Source of the DNA: Mesotaenium endlicherianum
Taxonomy: Eukaryota
DNA length: 62,414 nt
Direction of reading: 5' to 3'
Assembly (NCBI GenBank): GCA_009602735.1
Contig: WELA01002374.1
Coordinates: forward strand, 190,787-253,200
The notes beneath the pieces are model-generated. The model saw nothing but the letters and a program-made list of their open reading frames with translations. It had not been told where the DNA came from and searched no databases. Below are positions 47,370-58,400 of the stretch, in pieces. Position numbers and translations under genes: made by a program. Within the stretch, counting starts at the first letter, position 1. Every line of letters starts with the position of its first letter.

Positions 47370-50300
47370 CGATGTTCTTGACGCCGGACACAACGAAAAC
47401 CAACAGAAACCATGCATCGACGCCATAGACAACAAAACGACTCGGAACTTTATTGCATCGCGAGACAAGGCGCGGCCAAGCAAGAACGCCAAGGCTCAAC
47501 GCAACTCACCTTGGTCCGGTCCGCCGCCCCCGCTCCCCCCGCCAGCGGCCATGGTTCGTCAGTTGTCACTGCACAACACAAAACAAGCAAATAAATGACA
47601 ATCTTGATCCCACAACAAAAATTTAACATGCGCCGGCTGAAGTCGGCAGTGATCTTGATCCACGATTTCAAAGGTACTCAAACACGTCAACCTAACGTCC
47701 AACCGCAGCGCCCGTTGTCCCTTGCATCCGCCCGTGGCTCGCACAATTTGTTCGCGAGGGGTCGTCGTCAATCGCGCGCAAAATGTGTTTTCACACGCTC
47801 GCGAGGCGTCGCTGACGATCGCGCAGGAGCAAATTTGGCCCGTCGCAGGCGTTGCGCGCGATCGCACGCAGACCACAAATAGGGAAGCTGATACTCATCT
47901 GTGCTAATGTGCGCCCCCATCTACAAATATATTTTGACGCCTTCAAAATAAAAGCGTACATTTGTTCTGTACATAGTAGTTATGAGCACAAATATTGCAC
48001 TTGCGGGCAAAACATTGGCCTTACAGGGCGCCAACCCTCCAAATTTGCGGAAGCAATTTGTGGGTCCAAAGGGAAGTGTGGCAATTTTGCAACGCGTGGA
48101 CACAAGTAAAGATTACAGTTCACGTTGTCAAAGAATGTTAAGTGAGGCCACCATTTTCAATGATGGACCATGGTCATGTGTCACAATGTTTTGATTGGTC
48201 AATTTGTTTTCACGTGTACGTAATGTTGGATTGAGAAAACCCAAAAACATTGTGAGGAAAATTCATCCACCAACTTGCATGTTAAATGTTTATGTTGTTT
48301 TTGATGCTTGACAGATACGCGTGTATTGGACTAGGTGATTGAAGTCTCATAAATGTTGTGCACACACAATGGTCACAAAAGTCGTTAAATGAGTTTCAAA
48401 CATGTTTCTCTTAATATATATCGTGTGTTGCGCTTGGATCAACACAACTCAATGACTTGTCTGTCGGTTGTATCGCACTTTTTTGTTCTTGACAAATAAC
48501 TAATGACGATACAAGAAAAATTTCACTAACCTATGACATAATTCGACAACGGATGCGGATGATTTCCTAGCAGATTAAGTTGATTTCGAATCATCCACAA
48601 CAAGCTCGTTGATTACTACAAGATGATACTCACTAATGACATGAAATTGCCTATATTAGCTAAGGAAAAATTAAGCAATTTGTTTTGTGAAAGTCCTCAA
48701 AATTGACGCGAGCAAAATGAAGGTGCTCAATACCAACTTGTGAACAAGTCACTGATGGCGTTAACTGGAGAACCATCAAAATATGCCAAATGAGCAAACG
48801 TGAATGATATTTGAATTTTGGATAAATAAAAACAGGTGCTACAAAATGTGTCGGACCTTGCCTATAGCTTTCTATAAATAAAAGATCGTCTCACACAATG
48901 ACTTCTGCACAAGTGAACAATAAGAGGCAACTTCTGGTCATGATTATGGATGTGGTGCGTTACGAGGTCGAGTGCGCAATATAGGTATAAGCAACACATT
49001 ATAAACAAGCAGGCTTTGCTGCAATGAAGTCTATAATACATGTGGCTTTATAGCCAAAAAGGGAGTCAAGTCTCAAATGTTTTAATTAAGGAGTGTGTAT
49101 TCTCCAGAGTGAGCACCTCAAAACTGTAAACTGGTAAAAATACAACTAATGAAGTAGGGCCCAAATGATCACTGGAAGCACATCATGATCTTCAAGACTA
49201 GTCCTATGCAAGGGTTTAAGCTGTGACTATGCTCACCACTTGTGAAGTTCTTCAAGTGAATGGAAGCCAGGAGGGCTTGCTCTTCACAAGAGAGTAACTA
49301 AGTGGTCCTGAAAATACAAGAGATAATAGTGTAAGCTTTACTGATAATCTCTGTGACTTACACCTGGCATAATGTGACTTCTAAAAGATGTTCCTCAAGG
49401 GACATCTCTAGCACTTATAATCCTGGAAACCCGGCATCGTATGCGGCGGATCCAATGCATGTAGTCACTCTAGGAGGCTCTCCTATGTCCACTAATGTGT
49501 ACAAGGCATGTACTAGCACTCCTATAGGCTAAACATAACTCTAACAATCAAAGCAATGCACGTAGAATATGCTATGTGTCTCTTATTGGTGCAGCGTACC
49601 TCGGGTGATTCTACCTAGATAGCGCCTCAAAAGTGAATCTGAAACTTGAGGAAGCTTCCTCTAGGAGTCGGTGATGCAATCACCAAGTTATAGCCTCAAT
49701 GATGCACTTATACTATGGAAATGCAGGACTTATGTAGGCAAAGGGGCTCGCGGATTTGCGCGCAGTAAGCTAAGGGTCCTTGGGGTCACAAATGGTAAAC
49801 AATGTCACCTTTGGGTACATTGAGTCACAAGTTGGCCACTTGGTGTGTTTTCGCTAGGGGCCAAAAGGGGTGCGAACTAGATTGCGCCTATCCCGTTCGA
49901 TACTTAACCAAACGACGCGAAACCGGTGCTATTCAAAAGATGCTTCGACGCGCTACACTTTGGTGACTTGGAAATCTGGAAAAGGTCAACATATGGATCC
50001 GTAAAGTCAAGTCAAAGTTGGCCTTCCTAGGTTTATGTTTCGCACATGTGGAGCTCGGGTTTGTGCGTCAGCCTTGACTCAATAAATCATGACATAGATC
50101 TATTCGATAAAATCTGGTTCAAATGTTGCAATTGTTTGCTTTGAGGTGCACACTTGACCGCATAAAGTTTGCTGCATGGGTCCTCCTAGGCCCCAACTTT
50201 GCAAGTATTTGGACTTGGTGATATTCGAGTTTTGCAACTAGACCATTTTAAGTGTGTATTGACGTACTGTACATAGTTAACCACTCGACTTACTTTTGTT

Positions 50301-52634
50301 GGTGTGCAAGTTTATAACAAAATAATTGTCTTGTGGTGTGCCACGGGAAAGAGCACTTAGTAAGGCGCTTTAGTGAAACTTAATGACCACCTCACTTACT
50401 TGTCTTATCGTTTTATAAACTTGTGTTGAATTCGGGCAATCTCAACTTCATTTATTTTGAGTTGCTGCTGTGTTGAGCGCATGTGTGTCGATGCTTTGAA
50501 TAGTCGATACATATGTGTGTGAGAACTTGGCTGTCGCTGATTGGTCAACTGGGTCCAGTGAGCGTTCTATCCTAAGTGTCAATGTGTAGGATTTAGGTGA
50601 TTAAAGGTATCAATGAGAGCAGAATAGACATATTTGGTTGTGGTCAACACTCGTTGCGCCTAACTTCGGCTTGCCAAGACTTTTGTCACGCATGCCAGAC
50701 CGTCATTTATCGACAGTCACGACATATATATCTGGCGGCTTTCGGTGACTCTAAATGAGGTTATTGTCTTTGTCGCAACTAATTGGTTGGATGGCGCTAC
50801 GTGCGCAGCGTAGTCACGGTTGCCTCAGGTACGGAATGTCAATGTTGACTCACCGACCAATTGCTGACATGTACAGGTTGGCGTTGAAAGATATTAATAA
50901 GCCACACCTGAGAGTGTGACTGCAATCAGTCAAATCTAACTCCCAACAATGGGTGGGGAATTGACATACAGACCAACTGCACGACTGATCCCACTTAACC
51001 TGTGAGGTCTACGTCAACTGTTGCTAATTTAGGCAAAAGCTGACATAACTGCCATCTTAGCTGTTGCCAAATGAGGGCACGCTGAGAAGGCAAGCCACAT
51101 CAGCCATGGCACATGGGCAACGCTTCCACGTTGGAGCTGCCACAACAGATCACATGGTCTCAAAGGACACGTCAAAGTGCATGATGACCGAAATGGTTAA
51201 GTTGTCACGAGCGACAATTACAAGGCTTGCATGCATGCTAAGTGACGCGACATAAGTTAAGCTCAAGGACGTTCTTGAGAGAAAATGCATGCGTGGTGCT
51301 CGTGATAGGCACAAGCATTGCACGCACCCTCTCATTCTTTCCTTGCACATTTTGCCCGAGAAGTATGAAGAAAAAGAAGAGAGAGGAAGAAGAAAGAAAG
51401 AGCGCGATGGAGAAGGAGTAAAGGAGTTTCCAAGGGTCCAAGGACCCGAGGGCCATGCTTCTGCCGACGCTTGAATATTTGGGCCTCCATCTCACACTTT
51501 GTACCATAGAAGAGTTCAAATCCAAAAGTTCCTAACAAGGGATTTCGAGAGTGAAACATTTAAAGCTCGCAGATAGGATCTGCTGTGAGATTCTAGTGCT
51601 AGATTTGACCAAACACCACAAGCGTGCAAAGAGCACATAATATGGTGAGTCCTGTGTTAGTTTCTAAGTTCTCTGAATCATCAATTGTCAAATTGTTCAA
51701 AGCAAGAGCAGAGTTAGCAAGGAAGACCCTCGATGAAGAATTGAGTGAGTCCAGCTTGCGGTGAAGAACTGGCAGGCACGGCTAAGAGTAAAAGGCTCAA
51801 GCAAGGCCGGTATAGATGATGTAGATTTGGAATTTTGTAAGCTGGAACTTGGTGAAAGTTACGCAAAAGCTCCGGTGGGTGATTTTCTCTAAAAATTGGC
51901 ATTGCCTGTTGACTTGCTTATATGTGATTTCTGCAAAGTAGAATTTGGTCAACTGAATACCATTCAACTTGGACAAAAACCTATTTGGAAGGACGCTTCC
52001 GTCCTTGTAAGGAGAAATGAACTCGAAAAAACTTTTTGAAAATTTGCTAACTTCTAAAACAATTGTTGTAGGAGCACTTGGTGTGAGCAACACCAAAAAG
52101 ACTCTAACCATGAATTGGCTTGTGCCAGTGCAGGATGACCAGCAAATATCCAACCACAGATTTTCTGCCTCCAACACACATGTCATGATTTATTGAGTCG
52201 AGGTCGTCGCACGTACCCGTGCTTCAAGCGTGTGAGCGATCAACCTCGGACAAGCATTTGCCTCTTCGTATTTGCGTGATTTAGTCTATTAAGTTGCTAT
52301 GCTTGCATGCCTTGGGTATAGATGCCACGTGATAAGTCAACACTTGGCACGTGCGCTAGACCTACTTTAGGCATCAGGTACAGGTCACCGCCCGCTTGGT
52401 CCCAAGTAGCAGCCCAAGCTACCCGACACTTAGGAGACAGTGCCTAAGAGGGCCACGTGGCACCACCGGAAGGTGGCGGGCTTCAGTATTTGGCCCAGGT
52501 CCCCGTGTCTGCCCGCCATCAAGCAACAGGAACCACCATGGGCCACCTGGAGCCACCGGAAGATGGCGGGCTTCACGACTTGGCCCAGGTACACTTACCC
52601 GTCACTTGGGCCCAGGCACTCCTAAGTGCCCGAC

Positions 52635-53353
52635 TGAAATGAATCGACTTACCAAATAGGCGATTAACAATTAATAAAGATCTTTATATCACCAAGTAAT
52701 CTTTATGGATTTTCCGTTAACTGATTAAACGGCAAAGGACAACACACTAGCAGTGAACAATACTTGTAAATCAAATGCGAGTAAATTAGCATCAATAATG
52801 CAATCAGTAGACTCATACATAAGCAAGGTTAGAAGACAGTGCGTATCAATGGCTTCTCGCCTTGGATTCAGTTCTCTCTCTCAGTCAGCTGTACAAGAGA
52901 GTTGGCCTCGTTTCCGAATGCCGAACTCGAGAGCAATTCTAGCCTATGTACATGGAAAAAGTTTACTATTCAACGGACAGTGCGATGGCACCGCCTACCC
53001 GGGAGTTAACCACGTTGGTAGGACCTCGGTTAACCAAATCCACCGCCATCTCCCATCATCCCGAATCGCCATCCATCATAGGGATGTCATCTAGCCATTC
53101 ATCTAGCATACCACACTTAGATGCATATCGAGGCAGTTCGCTGCTACCGAGTACGGAAGTCAGCTGGCTGTCAAAGAATGTGTCAGCAAGCTGACTTGAG
53201 TTGACTTCAGCCTGCTGCTTCCGGCTGAGTCATTAAACTGATAATTATATAAAGTCCAGCAAACTGACTGTTAACTAAAGTTCAGCAGGCTGAACTTAAT
53301 TAACTATTATATTTAAATGAATATTATATCTACTAATATACTGATTCATTACA
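52635..53353 (-). repeat. 3' LTR of element 2 (719 bp)
   Basis: About 96% identical to 60880-61600 by manual count (~29 substitutions, 2 indels). Termini TGTAATGAATC...GATTCATTTCA. Confidence 0.97.
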
Positions 53354-53369
53354 ATCCCTCCAACTTAAC
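53354..53369 (-). promoter_or_regulatory. Polypurine tract of element 2
   Basis: Minus strand GTTAAGTTGGAGGGAT directly abuts the 3' LTR TG. Confidence 0.8.
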
Positions 53370-53455
53370 TTGTTGTCGCCTCGACTGCAGAAGTCTTTGG
53401 TCAGGAAGCTGAACCTGACCAACCTCCCCCGCTGACTGCCCCTTTAGCCTGTTGC

Positions 53456-55163
53456 CTAGGGGGTTGTTCCTGGGGCTTCAGGATCAGGAGACCGAGATCT
53501 GGACCTAGATCTGGACAGCCCTCTAGGTCTGTCAGCTGGCCTTCTAAAGAACCCCGTTCGCTCTAAAGTTGGACCTCGAGGAGAACGAAGGATGGTAGCC
53601 TGCTCTTCACCCAATTGGGTGTTGATCCCCACATAGACAGGCATTCCAGTAGGATGCTGAAATACATTGGCTAGAGGTACATGCCCCTGAGCGGAGGGGG
53701 AGGCCGGCATACCCTCTGGCCCACCCGCGTGTCCCTCTTCTGGCACCCCTGTCCTCTGCGGATTTCTGCCTGTGTCTGCTGCCCAGTATAGTCAGATCAG
53801 CTTCTTCCCCTGCTTGGGCAGGTGGGCTGGGGGAGCAAGTGCGAGGTCCAGTTGCCTCCATGACGGGGATCACGTTCCAAATACCTGATCGTGGTTCTTA
53901 GGAAGTGCCACTGCCTGCCCCTGGGTCTCCTGAGTACCAGCTGCTGACGCTTCCCCTCTGCCTTGTTCTTCTTCCTCATCCTCCTCATCCTCCTCCTCGG
54001 AGAGAGTAGGAGTCTCGTCCACTAAGTCGTCCTGCTCCCTAGTAGACATGGAGTAGTCTACCGACCTCCCTTTCTTAGGGCGCGCTGGATGTTGCTTGGC
54101 CTTCAGCCTGCTGATATCTATCCGGCCTGCATTCTTTGCCCATTTGACGAAGGCATGCTTTCCCTTAGAGAAGTAGTCTCTTCCCCTCCTCCTATGCTTC
54201 TTGGTCNTTTTGGTTTCTGCATTCATATTGCTCAGGCAACCATTCAGCCTGGGGTCAAGGGGCAATGTGAGGTGGTAGGATGAGATAGCCGTCTAGGCCA
54301 TAGTGGAAGTCATCCGGTTGGGCTCGGTCACACTCCTGCTTCTTATTTGTGACGGTCATCCACCTCCAGTCTGTTGGCTGCTGGTAGTGTTGGGGTCCGT
54401 GCTCAGCCTTCCTCAGTTTACACGTGAACCAGTGGGGAGAGAACATCTGCTGTCCTGCTTCCCTGGCCAAGTACTCCCAGCTCCTTCTCTCAACTTCATT
54501 GTAAGCTGGCAGGAGTGTGAGGTAGAATACCGTATCCTTAAAGCTATCGGGCCGCATGCTCACCATCCGGATGAGTCTCTGATCTCCCACTATTCCCGGT
54601 ATGGGGACCGGCTTGTCTTCTGAATCATCTGCGANATTGTCTTCTGAATCATCCGCAAGGTACCGAGCCTGCTCTGCTGTATAGCCCACCATCTTGGCAT
54701 AATCTTCGTAGAGGACCACACCAGTGTGTGTCTCGATGTACCTATCCAGTGCTGCAGCTCCTTCCCTCTGTAGCAGTGTTGTCTGTTCCAGCCTGTTGAT
54801 CTCCTGGGCTGCCAGCAATGCTTCCTTCAGGTTATCGAAGTTTTGGCCACCCACCACAGTATACCTGTAAGTGGCCAAGCTCTTCTGTCTGTCCGCTTCA
54901 ATCTTCTTCCTTTTCTCCTCCTCTGCCGCTGCCGCTTCTTCTTGTTGTTTCTTCTGTCTCTCCTCCTCAGCTTTCCTGAGGTTTTCCGCTTCCTGATCCT
55001 TCTTCCTCTGTGCCTCTTCTGCCGCCTCTTGTTGTTTGCGGACCCTTTCTTGTTCTCTCCTGGTGAGGGACGTCGCCGCCAGCTCCTTCTGGTATTGCTC
55101 CATTGTCCTCCTGGCTTCTTCTGCCTTGCGCTTTCTGTCCTCCTTTTGTGTGGTGGGCGCCAT
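53456..55163 (-). pseudogene. Extra sense ORF (ORF3) of element 2, ~560 codons, frameshifted, function unknown
   Basis: ATG at 55163 (MAPTTQKEDRKRK). Segments 55163-54255, ~54280-53870, ~53873-53607 and ~53746-53456 overlap in successive frames. Order: charged helical N-terminus, globular middle, basic KKHRRRGR patch, acidic tract, C-terminal SRSRSRSRS. Confidence 0.75.
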
Positions 55164-55458
55164 CCTGCACATGTAACCAGGGCACAAGTTAGTAGGATAT
55201 GGACCTTTGTCATAGGGATTGCAGGAAGTATGTTAGTATTTAGTATAGTGGCTTCGCTGCTGTTTACCTTACAGGATGATTGCTAAAAGTTGACGTAGTT
55301 GCGGTGCGCTAAACATAAACGTGTGAATGTGTTTTAAGGTGAGTTAAGTGATGTATTGCTGTGCGAGGCCCTTTTTCCTTCAGCTCAAGGTGCTTTATGT
55401 GGGCCAGGCTGTCCCATCTGTCACTATGCTGACACTTAGGATTCACGTAACTGTCCCT

Positions 55459-58400
55459 TTATCGCTCTCGCTCACTAACTGTCATATATTTTCCCCTCCA
55501 ACTTAAATGGAGACAGGACCGCCTGTCACCTTCCCGTGTCAACGAAAATGACAGTTTTGGAGGGACTTCAGCCGCCCGAAGGTGGAACCATTTCAACGCC
55601 CCTTTGGCATTGGTCAAATGGTCCTTAAATTCCCAAGTGTCCCCAGAGGCATTGTAACCCTTCCATCGAATGAGNGAATGAGGTATTTCATGACATATAT
55701 AGACGAGCGACGGACCGAGCGCGCGTCTAAAATCTCCTCAACCTCATATTCGTCAGAGTCACCGTCCCTGACAGCGGGGACCGGTCCCGGTTGGACAGGG
55801 AACCGACCTGTGAACAGTGGATCACCTTTGATGTATGGTTCCAGGAAGGAGACATTAAAGACCGGGTGACCCTTGTATTCGGCTGACATGTTCAGTTTGA
55901 AAGCATTCTGACCGACACGACGCACCACCGAATATGGACCGACCCAGACAGGGCCAAGCTTTTTCTTGACCACACCAGGGAGGTACAGGTGCTGAGAATG
56001 CAGTTTGACTAAATCATCTTTAGAGAATGTCAGCTCCCGACGGTGTTGATTAGCGTATTTTTGTTGGTTCTGTTGGGCTTTGTGCAGGTTTTGTTGGACT
56101 TCTGACAGGGTGTCAGCAAACTCCTGAGTTAACTGGAGGGAGACCGGATTGTCAATCCCTTCAGGGTGAGTTAAAGATTCCCCTAGCACATCTAGAGGAG
56201 ACTTAGGGACTCTACCCAGGCTGAGTTCAAAAGGAGTCTTGCCCGTTGACGCGTGCACCGCACTGTTGACCGCAAACTGAATTTGAGGCAACAGGTCATC
56301 CCAATTATCTTGTTTTTGGTTAATATATGCTCTCAGCACCTCCTGCAGAACTCGGTTAGTTCTTTCAGTCTGCCCATCAGTCTGAGGGTGGTTTGCTGTG
56401 CTGAGCAGCTGTTTGACTCCCATTAACCCCATTAAGGCTCTCCAGAACTTAGAGGTAAATTTTGAGTCTCTGTCTGAGATGATATTAGAGGGAAGCCCAT
56501 GTTGGCATACTACATGATTATAGAACTGTCTCGCTGTTTTGAGTGCAGTCACTTTGACAGTTGTGGGAATAAAAATGACCATTTTTGTCAGTTTATCCAC
56601 GACTACCAGTATCGAATCATGCCCATTGGCAGTTCGTGGTAGTGTGACCACCCAGTCCATGGATATTGTTTGCCAGCGGCCAGCTGGGATGGGCAGCGGT
56701 TGTAAGAGGCCCCCCGGTGGTGTGTGCCTAGACTTATTCTTTTGACACTGGTCACAGGACTTAACGTATTTCAAGACCTCCCGAGGTAATCCCTCCCAAT
56801 GTTAATGTTTTGCCAGTTTGCCAACAGTTTTGGCCTGCCCCAAATGCCCACCCGGCAAACTGTCATGTGCTTGACTCAGTAAGAGAGACCTTATTTCCAA
56901 GTTATTAGGAATGACCAGCTTCAGCCTGCCTGAAGTGGTTTCAGTCACCCAGACCCCTCCCTTAAGCTTATACCCGAGTGCAGTAGCACGACACACACCA
57001 GTAGTGGGGCTGGGCTCAAATGTTGGGTCAGAAAGGTAGGCTTTCCTAAGTTGTTCAAGGAAGGACTTTTTCACCTTTAGTGAAGTGAGAGCACACAGGA
57101 CTTTATCTACAGCATGCTGACTAAAGTTCCTTTCTTGCAAGTCAGGTCTTCTAGAGAGTGCATCAGCAGGATTCAACTTCCCTGGTTTGTAGTCGATGTG
57201 GACTTGGAACTGCTCCAGCATCTGGCTCCTGCGATTCTCCCTCCTCGACAGCTTGGACTTCTTCTGAAAGTGAGTCAGAGCTAGATGATCTGTAATCACC
57301 TTAAAAGCTTTACCATGTAAGTATGCTCTCCACTGTTTGAGTACATGAATGATAGCTAGCAGCTCTTTATCATGCACTGAGTAATTAATCTCCGCTGGAT
57401 TAAATTTCATAGACTCATACAACACAGGATGCCACTCCTGCCGTACCTTACCATCCTTTGTGGTTTTGTCAGCAGGCTGCAACAAAATAGCACCCATGGC
57501 AAAGTCAGAGGCATCAGTAACCACCTGCACCGGTTTGCTGGGGTCATACACGGCTAGCACTGGGGCAGAACAAAGGGCATCTTTAAAGGTCTGGAAGGCA
57601 GCCTGCTGCTCTTTCCCCCAAACGTACCCTATGTCCTTCTTAGAAAGGTCAATCAGTTTACTGGCCTTTGTGGAATAATTCTCAATAAATCTCCTATAGT
57701 AGTTAGCCAACCCGAGGAAAGATCTAACTTCAGAGACAGACTGTGGTACTGGCCAGTTTCTTATGGTCTGGACTTTCTTAGGATCCACACTGATGCCGTC
57801 TTTACTGACAATGTGGCCTAAGAATTCAATACTTTCTTTAAAGAAATCACACTTGCTCATTTTAGCACATAAGTGATTTTTCCGNCACATAAGTGATTTT
57901 TTCTCAGAGTGTCCAGGACTGTCTTTAAGTGTTTAGCGTGCTGAGCTTCATCTTTAGAGAAGATTAAAATATCATCCAGGAAAACTTGCACAAACTTATC
58001 CAAATAAGGCCTGAAAATTTCATTCATAGCACCCATGAAGGTCGCAGGAGCATTAGTCAGTCCAAATGGCATCACGTTGAACTCATAGTGTCCATAACGT
58101 GTGCGGAAGGCAGTCTTGTGTTCATCTCCCTCAGCAATTCTGATTTGATGATAACCACTCTTGAGATCTATCTTACTGAACACCTTAGCACCAGACAGGG
58201 TATCAAGCAAGTCCTCGATTCTGGGTAAAGCATACTTGTTCTTTATTGTAATTCTGTTCAGGGCACTGTAATCCACACACATCCGCATACTGCCATCCTT
58301 TTTCTTAACAAATAGGATGGGTGCGCCGTAAGGTGATTTACTGGGAGAAATATAACCATTTTCCTCAAGCTCTGCAATCTGTGTTTTCAACTCCTCACTC

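Noticed and set aside
48194..51064. 2.9 kb with no listed ORF and possible stop-ridden coding remnant near 48500-48980
   Set aside because: No family could be recognised; consistent with old AT-rich decayed repeats.
52450..52592. CRISPR-like repeat-spacer appearance
   Set aside because: Only two degenerate copies, in a eukaryotic context with no cas genes.
52753..53194. Plus-strand ORFs inside the LTRs (also 60999-61441)
   Set aside because: The longer frame is broken by an indel between the two LTR copies and none has recognisable motifs.
53456..55163. Calling ORF3 an env gene
   Set aside because: No signal peptide, hydrophobic TM segment or fusion-protein features; the protein is highly charged.
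54207..57900. Short duplications and frame breaks at single Ns (54207, 54635, 55675, 57885)
   Set aside because: Sequence is repeated on both sides of a lone N, typical of contig-join artefacts rather than biological events.
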